Shown in pieces: positions 38,704-52,324 of a stretch of DNA of 64,000 nucleotides. Position 1 is the first letter of the stretch. Each line of letters opens with the position of its first letter. The notes below the pieces were generated by a model. That model had not been told where the DNA came from. It worked only from the letters and a program-made list of their open reading frames with translations, and searched no databases. A program made the translations under genes and the position numbers. Source of the stretch: Haliotis rubra (lineage: Eukaryota); NCBI RefSeq assembly GCF_003918875.1, contig NW_025767016.1, positions 124,001 through 188,000 of the forward strand, given 5' to 3'.

Positions 38704-41182
38704 TTACGCTGTTCCTCCGTCCTGCTTTGATTCCGTCGTTGGAACGAACACTTTCTGTCTCTGTGCGCCCCGGAAGTGACGCCACAGCATCACGACCACC
38801 TTCACCACTAAACACAACGCCGCCATAGCCAGTAGTACAGCTGTGAAGATGGAATTCCTCTTCGCAGGATTCCAGTTCTTAGTGATACTTCCGGAAAGGG
38901 CGATAACCACGACGATGTACTCGCTAAAAATATACCTCGTATGTCTGTCCAGTATTGTCAAGTCTGAGATAAAGAAGACAAGAAGTTCAAAGGTCAGGAT
39001 GCCTAATGCAATGGTGCTTGAAGTACTCTGATCAAACTTGGGATGGTCGCCGTAAGTCAGCGCAGTGGCAACGTTGAGGAGAGTAGCGATGGTGCACCAG
39101 GCCCCGTAAAACGCCAGTCCGTTTTGGACAAGTGCTCGGATGAGCCATATCTCCTTTTTTCGATCTTGTTTGATGAGTGTCTCGGTGTGTTCAGCAAGTG
39201 CTTTGCATGAGAGACCGATGAGTGTATATATAGAAATAGCGGTGAGTGCCAGGAACACAAAAGCTGCCCACACGAGCTCCCAGCACCATAGAAAGGTCCA
39301 GGAAATGACAATAAACCAGTTGAGGATGGAGACACTGAAGAAGGTCGCTGTGAGGAGGGCGGGACTATTGTAGACGTACCCATCGGGGGCACGGCGGCAG
39401 ATGTTGATGTGGGCGTAGATGGTCCAGATGGCCTGCCATACGTAGATGGCACCCCAGATGCTGAAGGTGGAACCAGAGGGTGTGATCTCGAGTGCAAATT
39501 TGTCCGAGATATTTCCAATCGTATTGGGGTAGAGTTCTGAAATATACAGTGAGAGCAGGAAGTCAGTTTTCTGATTTAATGTTGACCACTCATTCTGTTA
39601 CAACAATGCATTTAATAAACAGCTTATGTAGCATTGGAGTGAGTGAGTGAGTTAAAATCTTCACACCGGCAATATTTCAGCCATATAATGACGAGAACAA
39701 AGTTAGTATGTATGATAAATATAAACATTAGCAACGTACCACAGAATTCAAGTCTTAATACTAATCACTGCCAAATCTAAAAATGCAACTCGATAGGACA
39801 TATATTACCATGAAAACACGGGCTATGGTCCACCAAAAAACAAAGCTAGGCCCCCTTACTGCGGTTCATGGGGACTTACGATACTTCAGCTTCCTGCATG
39901 AATCCCCAGCGGATTTAAACCATCTCTTCAGCAACTGGTAGTTGTAAACAATGCTAGCCAGAATTAAAACAATACAATTGAAGCAATAAAATTCCGGTTG
40001 TCTGCAGTGTACTATAATACCATTATGCAATCATCAGGGGAGTAATCCTTTTACCATACTTCAACTCCATGAAATAGCAATATACTATAATATAATAATA
40101 GTTTTTGATTATATCAACCTCATTTAAAACACATCCATTCAAAAACTACTGATCAATCCTATCTGTTTTAAAACTCTGAAATTAAATGAGAGTTGATTGT
40201 GTTAAAGAGATCCTTTAAATTTGAAACTTTGTAATAAATATCCCTTGTGAGAGAAAATTCTGCACGCTCAAGCAAAACATGGTTGACCGTGATTGTCTCA
40301 TGACAAGGGATAAAAAATGGAGGATCTTCCCCTTTCAATAAATATTCATTTGCATATCTGCTGTGGCCAATACGACATCGTCGTAATATGGCCTCATCAA
40401 ATCTGGACTGACAGCCCAAGTATGCAGCATTGGAAACGTCCTCCTACACTCTTTGTGACATGGTCTGGACAATAAGATCCAACTTATTACTACTGTTTAT
40501 TAGCCTGTGGTGTGCAAGAGGTGTAACATTTTAATTGGCTGTGTGGAGTAGCACACCTGTGCCGTACCAGGATTTTCTGTTTGGTTGGATTCCGAGACAC
40601 CGATCCATGGGTTAACATGTATAGCAGTATACAGGCGCGATGGGTTTTGATACAAGGTTGGGTGTAACTTCCGACTTCCCTTTCGCATGAAGCGGACACG
40701 TTTATATAATGGATATGATAAGTACATACTGTTCGAATTCAACGGTACAAGTATATGTATAGTGATACGGACGAGTAGGAAGAAATGGTATACATGTATA
40801 CCCTTAAACCTCCTATTAAAGGTATGGTGACGACAGAGAACTCCCACGATAAGTAATTTCAAACGCACATGCTTTATACAAACTGTTAATATCTGTTGGA
40901 TGTTGCAAGTTCGATACTACTGGAGTCATGACAAACAGTAAATAGAGTTGTATGTTGTAAGTTGCAGGTGATAGATAGATAGAGGTGGACAGACAGCCGC
41001 TCTGTTTGAACCACATACAATCTTGCCATGTTGTGAAATGAAAATAAATATGTGACCAACGCACTTGTCTCGATACCCAGAAACTCTCTGGTGTTGCCCA
41101 GTAGACTGAGGAACTGGTTGGCGATGAACGCCACCAGGTTGCCTACCACCAAGGCAATGAGGAAAGGCGAGTGTCCGGCCAT
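38704..41182 (-). CDS. TspO/MBR-like multi-pass membrane protein, paralogue 3 (316 aa)
   Basis: Exons 41182-41065 (MAGHSPFLIALVVGNL...GIET, donor A|GTGCGT) and 39536-38704 (acceptor TTTCAG|AA); 951 nt in frame. The ORF track shows only the last 189 aa. Confidence 0.9.
39637..40420 (-). mobile_element. 3' fragment of an I/Nimb-like LINE with 3' UTR and (ACTC)n tail, in intron of paralogue 3
   Basis: ORF 40168-40419 RCRIGHSRY...LLKGEDPP...CHETITVNHVLLE is a decayed CCHC C-terminus; tail GCTGAAATATTGCC...ACTCACTCACTC; second UTR fragment at about 36790-37000. Confidence 0.75.
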
Positions 41183-41393
41183 ACTGGTCAGTGCTGGAGG
41201 GGGCAGCTGCAACAGAAGCATACATATCAAGAAGGTTGCCTTGCAGGGACTCTATCCGTAAAAGACGGGATTTGTCCCCTTATTTAGGTACTTAATATGC
41301 GCAACAAAGGTTCAAACTGAGAACAACGATCTGTGTACAGAGGCAACCGATACTCTGTTATGGGGACGTCGTAAGTACATCTGGACGTTATAG

Positions 41394-41503
41394 CTAAAAC
41401 CAAAGTGTATATCTACCATTCATCTAAACATGAACAAGAGTCCCAGAAGACTAGTGTTATCTTTTGATTCTACAACATCGCTCATCTACCAAGCGTTTCA
41501 GAC
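41394..41503 (+). repeat. 110-bp direct repeat, copy A (copy B at 46080-46189)
   Basis: CTAAAACCAAAGTGTATATCTACC...CAAGCGTTTC, about 3 mismatches between copies. Confidence 0.9.
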
Positions 41504-41611
41504 TTTCTTGTGTTTCCATTTTGTCAGGTTTTCGAAGTATAAGTATGATTGGGCCGGTGAAGCCGGGAACATTCTTGAAAGCAATTTACGATCCATCTGT
41601 TATATGGCAAT

Positions 41612-44600
41612 TAGACTGTAGATGATCCACCTGATGTATGACAACTAGATCCACCTGATGTATGACAACTAGACTGTAGACGATCAACCTGATGTATGAC
41701 AACTAGACTGTAGACGATCCACCTGATGTATGACAACTAGACTGTAGACGATCAACCTGATGTATGACAACTAGACTGTAGACGATCCACCTGATGTATG
41801 ACAACTAGACTGTAGACGATCCACCTGATGTATGACAACTAGACTGTAGACGATCCACCTGATGTATGACAACTAGACTGTAGACGATCAACCTGATGTA
41901 TGACAACTAGACTGTAGACGATCCACCTGATGTATGACAACTAGACTGTAGACGATCCACCTGATGTACCTGATGTATGACAACTAGACTGTAGACGATC
42001 AACCTGATGTATGACAACTAGACTGTAGACGATCCACCTGATGTATGACAACTAGACTGTAGACGATGTGATGTATGACAACTAGACTGTAGACGTTCAC
42101 CTGATGTATGACAACTAGACTGTAAACGATCCACCTGATGTATGACAACTAGACTGTAGACGATCACCTGATGTATGACAACTAGACTGTAGACGATCCA
42201 CCTGATGTATGACAACTAGACTGTAGACAGTCGATCCACCTGATGTATGACAACTAGACTGTAGACGATCCACCTGATGTATGACAACTAGACTGTAGAC
42301 GATCCACCTGATGTATGACAACTAGACTGTAGACGATCCACCTGTTGTATGACAACTAGACTGTAGACGATCCACCTGGTGTATGACAACTAAACTGTAG
42401 ACTGTAGACGATCCACCTGATGTATGACAACTAGACTGTAGACGATCCACCTGATGTATGACAACTAGACTGTAGACGATCCACCTGATGTATGACAACT
42501 AGACTGTAGACGATCCACCTGATGTATGACAACTAGACTGTAGACGATCCACCTGATGTATGACAACTAGACTGTAGACGATCCACCTGATGTATGACAA
42601 CTAGATCCACCTGATGTACTGACTGTAGAAGATCAACCTGATGTATGACAACTAGACTGTAGACGATCCAACCTGATGTATGACAACTAGACTGTAGACG
42701 ATCCACCTGATGTATGACAACTAGACTGTAGACGATCCACCTGATGTATGACAACTAGACTGTAGACGATCCACCTGATGTATGACAACTAGACTGTAGA
42801 CGATCCACCTGATGTATGACAACTAGACTGTAGACGATCCACCTGATGTATGACAACTAGACTGTAGACGATCCACCTGATGTATGACAACTAGACTGTA
42901 GACGATCCACCTGATGTATGACAACTAGACTGTAGACGATCCATCTGATGTATGACAACTAGACTGTAGACGTTCCACCTGATGTATGACAACTAGACTG
43001 TAGACGATCCACCTGGTGTATGACAACTAAACTGTAGACACAAACATTCAAACAATGGAAGATCCACCTGATGTATGACAACTAGACTGTAGACGGTCCA
43101 CCTGATGTATGACAACTAGACTGTAGACGATCCACCTGATGTATGACAACTAGACTGTAGACGATCCACCTGATGTATGACAACTAGACTGTAGACGTTC
43201 ACCTGGTGTATGACAACTAGACTGTAGGCAGATCCACCTGATGTATGACAACTAGATCCACCTGATGTATGACAACTAGACTGTAGACGATCAACCTGAT
43301 GTATGACAACTAGACTGTAGACGATCCACCTGATGTATGACAACTAGACTGTAGACGATCAACCTGATGTATGACAACTAGACTGTAGACGATCCACCTG
43401 ATGTATGACAACTAGACTGTAGACGATCCACCTGATGTATGACAACTAGACTGTAGACGTTCACCTGATGTATGACAACTAGACTGTAGACGATCCACCT
43501 GATGTATGACAACTAGACTGTAGACGATCCACCTGATGTATGACAACTAGACTGTAGACGATCCACCTGATGTATGACAACTAGACTGTAGACGATCCAT
43601 CTGATGTATGCCAACTAGACTGTAGACGATCCACCTGTTGTATGACAACTAGACTGTAGACGATCCACCTGGTGTATGACAACTAGACTGTAGACACAAA
43701 CATTCAAACAATGGAAGATCCACCTGATGTATGACAACTAGACTGTAGACGATCCACCTGATGTATGACAACTAGACTGTAGACGATCCACCTGATGTAT
43801 GACAACTAGACTGTAGACGATCCACCTGATGTATGACAACTAGACTGTAGACGATCCACCTGATGTATGACAACTAGACTGTAGACGATCCATCTGATGT
43901 ATGCCAACTAGACTGTAGACGATCCACCTGATGTATGACAATTAGAGTGGAGACGATCCACCTGATGTATGACAACTAGACTGTAGACGATCCACCTGTT
44001 GTATGACAACTAGACTGTAGACGATCCACCTGGTGTATGACAACTAAACTGTAGACACAAACATTCAAACAATGGAAGATCCACCTGATGTATGACAACT
44101 AGACTGTAGACGATCCACCTGATGTATGACAACTAGACTGTAGACGATCAACCTGATGTATGACAACTAGACTGTAGACGATCCACCTGATGTATGACAA
44201 CTAGACTGTAGACGTTCACCTGGTGTATGACAACTAGACTGTAGACGATCCACCTGATGTATGACAACTAGACTGTAGACGATCCACCTGATGTATGACA
44301 ACTAGACTGTAGACGATCCACCTGATGTATGACAACTAGACTGTAGACGATCAACCTGATGTATGACAACTAGACTGTAGACGATCCACCTGATGTATGA
44401 CAACTAGACTGTGGACGTTCACCTGATGTATGACAACTAGACTGTAGACGATCCACCTGATGTATGACAACTAGACTGTAGACGTTCCACCTGATGTATG
44501 ACAACTAGACTGTAGACGATCCACCTGGTGTATGACAACTAGACTGTAGACGATCCACCTGATGTATGACAACTAGACTGTAGACGATCCACCTGATGTA

Positions 44601-45895
44601 TGACAACTAGACTGTAGACGATCCATCTGATGTATGCCAACTAGACTGTAGACGATCCACCTGTTGTATGACATCTAGACTGTAGACGATCCACCTGGTG
44701 TATGACAACTAAACTGTAGACACAAACATTCAAACAATGGAAGATCCACCTGATGTATGACAACTAGACTGTAGACGATCCACCTGATGTATGACAACTA
44801 GACTGTAGACGATCCACCTGATGTATGACAACTAGACTGTAGACGATCCACCTGATGTATGACAACTAGACTGTAGACGATCCACCTGATGTATGACAAC
44901 TAGACTGTAGACGATCCATCTGATGTATACCAACTAGACTGTAGACGATCCACCTGATGTATGACAACTAGACTGTAGACGATCCACCTGATGTATGACA
45001 ACTAGACTGTAGACGATCCACCTGATGTATGACAACTAGAGTGGAGACGATCCACCTGATGTATGACAACTAGACTGTAGACGTTCACCTGATGTATGAC
45101 AACTATACTGTAGACGATCTGTAGACGATCCACCTGATGTATGACAATTAGAGTGGAGACGATCCACCTGATGTATGACAACTAGACTGTAGACGATCCA
45201 CCTGATGTATGACAACTAGACTGTAGACGATCCACCTGATGTATGACAACTAGACTGTAGACGATCCACCTGATGTATGACAACTAAACTGTAGACGATC
45301 CACCTGGTGTATGACAACTAGACTGTAGACGATCCACCTGATGTATGACAACTAGACTGTAGACGATCCACCTGATGTATGACAACTAGACTGTAGACGA
45401 TCCACCTGATGTATGACAACTAGACTGTAGACGATCCACCTGATGTATGACAACTAGACTGTAGACGATCCACCTGATGTATGACAACTAGACTGTAGAC
45501 GATCCACCTGATGTATGACAACTAGACTGTAGACGATCCACCTGATGTGTATGACAACTAGACTGTAGACGATCCACCTGATGTATGACAACTAGACTGT
45601 AGACGATCCACCTGATGTATGACAACTAGACTGTAGACGATCCACCTGATGTATGATGTACAACTAGACTGTAGACGATCCACCTGATGTATGACAACTA
45701 GACTGTAGACGATCCACCTGGTGTATGACAACTAGACTGTAGACGATCCACCTGGTGTATGACAACTAGACTGTAGACGATCCACCTGATGTATGACAAC
45801 TAGACTGTAGACGATCCACCTGGTGTATGACAACTAGACTGTAGACACAAACATTCAAACAATGGAAGATCCACCTGATGTATGACAACTAGACG
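41612..45895. repeat. 34-bp minisatellite (AACTAGACTGTAGACGATCCACCTGATGTATGAC)n, about 125 copies with higher-order variants
   Basis: Tandem array; variant with insert ACACAAACATTCAAACAATGGAA recurs at 43038, 43694, 44055, 44720 and 45845. Confidence 0.95.
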
Positions 45896-46079
45896 ATAAA
45901 CATGAACACTCAAACAAGGGGAGGGTCACACAGCGCCGGCCCAAACCTCGGTGTACCCTAGCTGTCTTGTTCTACTACATCTGTCACCAGGCAACGAATA
46001 CGGGATCGATGTGGCCCTTACAGAAGCAGATTCGTCTCGACATTCACAGCTAAAATTCAAAGATATTTAATCGATATTA

Positions 46080-46189
46080 CTAAAACCAAAGTGTATATCT
46101 ACCATTCATCTAAACCTGAACAAGAGTCCCAGAAGACTAGTGTTATGTTTTGATTCTACAACATCGCTCATCTACCAAGCGTTTCTGAC
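46080..46189 (+). repeat. 110-bp direct repeat, copy B
   Basis: Matches 41394-41503. Confidence 0.9.
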
Positions 46190-46315
46190 GATGAATAGCC
46201 AGCAATTACGTTGAACAGGAGTTATCACAGATTAGTTCAATTAGCTTAAATTCTGACACATTACTAGTTCCATTAGTTTAAATGATAAAATATACAGACA
46301 TTTCTGTTTACTTAC

Positions 46316-46429
46316 GGCAGAATGCTGTTTAGCTCTTCAACGTGTCCACCGAGTACCTCTCTCCCTTCTTATACAACAAAGCGCTCGGGTGTTGTGGCAC
46401 ACAGCCAATAACGTGGATGAAAACGTGAG
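46316..46429 (-). promoter_or_regulatory. predicted promoter and non-coding first exon of paralogue 3
   Basis: Donor GCC|GTAAGT at 46316, TTGTATAAGAA near 46376-46366, AACGTGGATGAAAACGTGAG at 46410-46429; acceptor TTGCAG| at 41207. Confidence 0.55.
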
Positions 46430-46689
46430 AAATATACGGGCTAGCCTGGAATGAATCCACTTAATCCATCGGCAAACCAGTACTGAAACAGTGTACTGAA
46501 GGGAGGTAACTACAGTAGTTGTGAATTCATTCAAGCGCATCAAGCGCATCAAGCGCAAGGGCAAATTGAGGCATTCCGACAGTGTGCGAATGGGTTTTCG
46601 CTCGCACCTCACCTTTGCACTTTCGTAACGAAACATGATGGCGCTCTGGTCCGAGGTACGAAATTGTGAATAAGGAGCACGGGCGAGCG

Positions 46690-47501
46690 TATGGCAAGCC
46701 GTTTTCACATGTATTAAGACATAAAAAAGGATATCTTTAATTGTTTTATAGAAAATATTATCTGTATTCTTTTCAAAGATATCAATAATGATGTCTGTAA
46801 ATAATTGAAGATATATTTAATTATTTTCTCATTTCTGATATCCAAACTAGAATTACTGATATCTTAAAATGTTATTGAGATATCAAGAACATGGTTCTTA
46901 ATATCTATAAATGTGTTTCAGATATCAATAAAACAATTCCATAATGTATATAAAATTGATTGAAGATATCTTCAATTCAGTCCAAGAATGTATGCATATC
47001 CACAAACGCAGTACATATATCTTTCATTCAAGTCTGGCCGTTACTAATATCTAAAATCAACTTAAAGGTATCAGTAATAATTTTGAAGATATCTATAATA
47101 CAAATAGCAGGAAAGAACGGCAAAGACATCTCAATTCAAGATATCTTTAATTCACTTTAAGATATCTCCGATTCAGTTTAAGATATCTGCAATTCAATTC
47201 AAGATAACTTTACAACAATTCAAGATGTCAGTAATTTCGCAATACATAGTATATATCGTCGATGTCTTTAATTTATTTCAAGATATTTCCAATTCAATTC
47301 AAGATAGCATCAATTCTTTTCAATAAATCATTAATATGCTACATCATATCCTTAATTCATTTCGCGATGTCATGAATTTTGCAATGAATGTTGCAGATTT
47401 CTATAATCCTCTTTCGAGATATTTGTAATTCATTTCAAGATATTCTTAAAACAACTTAACATATTAGTATGTCTTAAGAAATGTGAAAACGGTTTGCTAT
47501 A
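46690..47501. mobile_element. MITE-like DNA element with about 35-bp TIRs and internal GATATCT repeats
   Basis: TATGGCAAGCCGTTTTCACATGTATTAAGACATA ... TATGTCTTAAGAAATGTGAAAACGGTTTGCTATA; probable TA TSD. Confidence 0.8.
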
Positions 47502-49443
47502 CGCGTGCAATCCCCATAGCAACATTCCTTGTCCGTGAATGTTTATATGGAAGAAGATTGTATTTGAAAATGTGGACCTCTGTAACATTTTGACACACCC
47601 TCCCTTTCTTTTGCGTTGTGATATTTTTTTTTTGCTGTGTCACTGTTTTTCTCTTCATGACCCTGACTTAACATCTTTCCGCGCCCTCCTGAAGTAAATG
47701 AGCAGCCCTGTTTGGCCTCCACAGTCGGTTGAACTCGTAAATAAACGTTAAACATCTTTACCTAACAGAACACGTGTGATCATGGATCTTGCACAACCGG
47801 TTCTAACCAGTTACTCATATATGGGTCTGTTACATATGTTGATCACGTTTCCACACACGAGTAAACACATGGCCTGAACGATGTGAGAATTATACAAGGG
47901 AGGCTACTGCTGAAAGTATGTATTGTCGATGGGGTCAATGCAAAGTGGAGCATTGCAATGAGCGTACTACCGAAATGCTTCCAAATGACTAAATGTACAT
48001 AGCCGAAACACTCAGTTCCCGTTATAACGCGACTTGTTAGCGTGAATAGAGAGACATATCAGATTAGTTACTTGTAAAGTACCAGTTTCATTTACTCCCA
48101 TAGTGTTTACACAGCTATAGTTCTCACGTGAAAGTGTCACTGAAAGTGTTTTCATTTTTACCCTAAGATTTGTTTACTAATATCAGTTTGAGACTACTTT
48201 AAGTGTATATTGCAACAGGACACTAGATGTATAAAGAGCTCAAGTGGAAACTGACTGTATTGCATGTGATGATCGTTAAAGCCGTACCTTGAAATATGCC
48301 AGCCTCTTGGCGCCGGTCCCTACATACTCCAGCCTGGGTTAGATAATCCAGATACTGACTATAATCTTAATCCCCATTGTTCTAAGGATTAGTACGGTCC
48401 ACTGATTTTCATCCCTAAACAGACCTGCAGGCAAAAAGAGAACACCCCGTTTTCTTTGTGACCTGAGGCCAAGCGTGACTTTATGGACACCTACTTTTTG
48501 TTATGACTGGATGAGCATCTTTGACTCAATCAATCAATCTTTATTCTGTACTTAAAAGGCCACAGGCCTACAACACATTTATATACACAATATTTACAAC
48601 TGAGCAGCAGAAAAGCATATGTCAAATATTTACAGATTACAAATTTAAAGCAGATTTTCTATGTATAAATGCAAAATAGATATGCATCTTCGACTCACAC
48701 ACCCCTCCCTCCAGTGAACGCAACCCAACTTTCAATACAGTCTGCGAGTCCGTTCAAGAGGCATGATAAGTTATGTGTGTGAAATTCATAGTTTGATCAA
48801 ATACGTGAATCTAAATACTGATTCGCTGTTGCAAGTCTAAAACTCACTCTCCGGATATATATAAGTTCAATTAAAACAAATATTGACTTTTAAATTTATT
48901 TTGTGTGTAGACTCACTTCACTTATGGCTTGAGCAGTGCATCAAGGGCTGATCGAAAGAGAAACTACTGCGGTTCAGGGGCTGTGAGACGGACTAAGCTG
49001 CTGCTACGTGTCTCTAAGGAGATGAGATGAAGAAGCGCTTAAGATCAGTGCACATATATACTTTGTCTATGCGAGCGCGCGTGTGTGATTACATGTATCA
49101 TGTACAAATACGACATTTGGAATCCGGCTAGACAAAAATAACTTTCTATGATTTCAATGTAAGTATACAGCCATCAGCCTCCTAGATTTCGTTCACCTGA
49201 TAAAGGAGTGAAAATATTCCTAGAACTGATGTTGACATCCATTAATTTTCACTTCTAAATGTCATTAAAATGTCATGACGTACTGCTGTATTAATATTTT
49301 TATTACACAAGTTATGAACATATCCAAAGAATGCATAATGAATTGACTAATGATGCGAGTCGATTCTGTCAACAGTAACTAAGGATGGAACCAGCATCCC
49401 GGTTGTTCGGAATACGTTCGCGTCATGTATCACAGTGCATAAG

Positions 49444-49606
49444 GAGTGAGTGAGTTCAGTTTTACGCAGCTTTCAGCGATATTCTAGCAATATCACGGCT
49501 GGTGACACCAGAAATGGGCTTCACACATTGTACCCATGTGGGGATTCAAACCGGGTCTTCGGCGTGGCGAGCCAACGCTTTCTCCACTAGGCTACACCAA
49601 CGCCCT
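49444..49606 (-). mobile_element. full-length tRNA-derived SINE with (ACTC)n tail
   Basis: A box TAGCCTAGTGG, B box GGTTTGAATCC, TSD GTGCATAA (49435-49442, 49608-49615). Confidence 0.85.
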
Positions 49607-49702
49607 TGTGCATAAAGAACTTTACGCACACATAGCTTCACATTTATATTAACACATTCTCTACTGTAGACTGTTCTAACGGCCGGAGCCAGCATCCCTC
49701 TG

Positions 49703-49862
49703 TCACAGTCTAATACTCTGCTTCTCAGTGGTGGTCGGAAGTTCATCTCTGTTTCTGTCCGAGTCCCGACAATGTCGCCAAAACATGAGAACCATCTTGG
49801 TGATAAAGCATAAGATCGACACTCCCAATAGAACCGCTGTGAAAATAGAGTTTGTCTTTCCC
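49703..49862 (-). pseudogene. orphan 3' fragment of a cluster paralogue (last TM helix and tail)
   Basis: GKTNSIFTAVLLGVSILCFITKMVLMFWRHCRDSDRNRDELPTTTEKQSIRL*; homology ends abruptly at CCC 49860-49862, where sequence matching the non-coding flank at 54871 begins. Confidence 0.85.
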
Positions 49863-50576
49863 TGCGTCTTGCTATTGTACTGGATTGTTTTGAGAGTGAC
49901 AACAATTATGCCGTGTGGATGTGAAGTGAAACTTCCGATGTAGAATTCACTAATTAATAACATTATACAGGTTCAGTCAATTAAAGCATATTTTACAGAT
50001 AAATAATAAAAAAATAAAATATAATGATAAGGAGTCCTGAGACTTTCTTCATTTTCAGAAACTGTGGAAATCTAGACTTGCCACACATTCTAGACTTGCA
50101 TGGGCTACCTTGGGTATATAGTGCACCCTGGTTATGATGTCCCTGGTAATAATGTCACCCTGGATATAATGCCACGTATTCTCCTGGACAACCTGTGGCA
50201 TTATAACCAGGGTATACTGTATTTATTTCCGAGTCTGTACAACAGACTACATGTTAACCTTTCACGTTTGGACAGTGCAGAACTTGAGTTGATGTATTGC
50301 TGGTCCTTTGACAGCTATATCCTTCTCAATGATGTAATCATAAAAGAAATTCTAACAAATGTAAACATTTTATTTATATCTTTTTACAAAATAATGTGTA
50401 TATTTCAAAGACTAAACATGTACCCTTTACCCATGTACGAAACATGGTAATCACATTGCTTGGGACGTGTCACCAGCACGTAACACTGTACATAAAGAAC
50501 GTTACACGCACAAAAGTGCATATTGACATATTGTCATCACTATAAATAGTTCGTTCAGCTGGAACCAGCATCTATT

Positions 50577-52324
50577 TTACATTCTAATGCTTTGCTTCTC
50601 GGTGATGGTCGGAAGTATAATTTTGTTTCTGTCCGAGTCCCGACAATGTCGCCAAAACATGAGAACCATCTTGGTGATAAAGCATAAGATCGACACTCCC
50701 AATAAAACCGCTGTGAAAATAGAGTTGGTCTTTCCCGGGTTCCAGTTCTTGACCATACTTCCGGAGAGTGCGACGATGACAACGATATAGGGACTAAACG
50801 TATAGCGTGAGTATTTGTCCATAATTGTCCAGTCAGAGAGAGCGAAGACTGTCAGCTCAAGGGACAGGATGCTGAGAGAGATGGTGGAGGAAGTACTCTG
50901 GTCAAATTGTGGATGGGAGGTGTAAGTAAGAGCCATTGCAAGGTTGAGGAGTGTGGCAATAGTGCACCATGCACCATAGAAGGCAAGACCATTCTGCACC
51001 AGCATGCGCACCAACCAGATGTCCACTTTACGTCCTTGTTTCACCAGAGTGTCGTGGTGTTGTGCCAGTGCCCTGTAGGAGAGTCCTATGCAGATGTAGA
51101 TGGTGATGAAGACGATGGCGAGGAACACGAAGGCCACCCACACGTGGCCCCATCCCCACACGAAGGTCCAGGTGATGACGCACATCCAGTTGAGGATGGA
51201 GACACCAAAAAAGGTCGCAGTGAGGAGGGTGGGGCTGTTGTAGACGTAGCCATCGGGGGTACGTCGACAGATGTTGACGACAGCGTAGATGGCCCAGACA
51301 GCCTGCCATATGTAGATGGCGCCCCAGAGGCTGAAGGTGGCTGAAGAGGGCGTGATCTCGAGGTACCGTTGATCCGAGGCATCTTCCATTGATTGGCCGA
51401 AAATATCTGAAAGTTACAGTCACTGAGTTATTTTATGTGTCTTTATCTTCCAACAATATACATGTACTTTCAGCCTTCTACATAATGTGAAAACACGTTC
51501 GCCATTTCCTGGGTCTGTTTATAGCAATGGGGGTTTTAACAGAAGGAAGATATAGAACAGATACAGAATTATGTGTCCAGAAAATACTGTAAAATCTCAA
51601 CTACACCTGTTGTTATTTCCCACTGCTTAGTCACATTATGAGGAAACCATCGATGTGAAGCGAGGTATTTATTCTATCTGTACCACTGAGAGGTTAAGGA
51701 CCACAATCTTGAGTCCTGCACGTTATTTAAGTCTGTCATGAACTTACATCGGATGGTCCTTAACGTATTTTATGTGGTCTATGTCATAGGTGTAATGCCA
51801 TCTGGCCAAGGGGGTTTGATACAAAGGTAGTTACAACCCTACAAGTGTCGTGTTAAACGACATTGATGACATTAATCAAGCATGTTATCTTGCTGATTCA
51901 CAGCTTCAGCTGTCATAACCATGAACCCATGAAGATCCGGGTTAGAATTGACCTTCCGTAACCCATGCTTGTCGTACAAGAGGCGACTAACTGGATCGGG
52001 TGGTCAGGCTCGCTGACTTGGTTGACACATGTCATCGGTTCCCAATTGCGCAGATCGATGCTCATCCTGTTGATCACTGGGTTGTCTGGTTCAGACTGGA
52101 TTATGTTCAGTCCGCCGCCATTTAGCTGGAATATTGCTGAGTGCGTCGTAAAACTAAACTAACTCACTCACTCACTCACTCCAAAGAATGAGGTACTTAC
52201 TTATATCAATGCCCAACACCTCTCTGACTTGGGCCATATTCAGCGCACCAAATAGCTGATTGATGATGAAGAACACAAAGTTGCCAATGGCGAGAGCCAT
52301 AAGCAGAGGGGAGTGGAACGCCAT
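50577..52324 (-). CDS. TspO/MBR-like multi-pass membrane protein, paralogue 4 (317 aa)
   Basis: Exons 52324-52201 (MAFHSPLLMALAIGNFVFFIINQ...GIDI, donor A|GTAAGT) and 51406-50577 (acceptor TTTCAG|AT); 954 nt in frame. Confidence 0.9.
51925..52181 (+). mobile_element. SINE-like element with GCTGGAATATTGCT/(ACTC)n tail
   Basis: Related decayed copies at about 4340-4525 (+), 5785-5990 (-) and 54510-54663 (+). Confidence 0.7.

Noticed and set aside
38704-39536. Paralogue 3 as a truncated or frameshifted pseudogene
   Set aside because: The short ORF only reflects the first in-frame start codon; the frame is open from the acceptor at 39536 to the stop.
41612-45895. CRISPR-like appearance of the 33-44 bp repeat arrays (also 19.6, 26-29 and 59.6 kb)
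   Set aside because: Units are head-to-tail with no unique spacers, there are no cas genes, and the context is eukaryotic.
49860-49870. Orphan tail as an alternative last exon (CAG directly precedes it on the minus strand)
   Set aside because: No polypyrimidine tract, and no GT donor at the equivalent position in paralogue 4.
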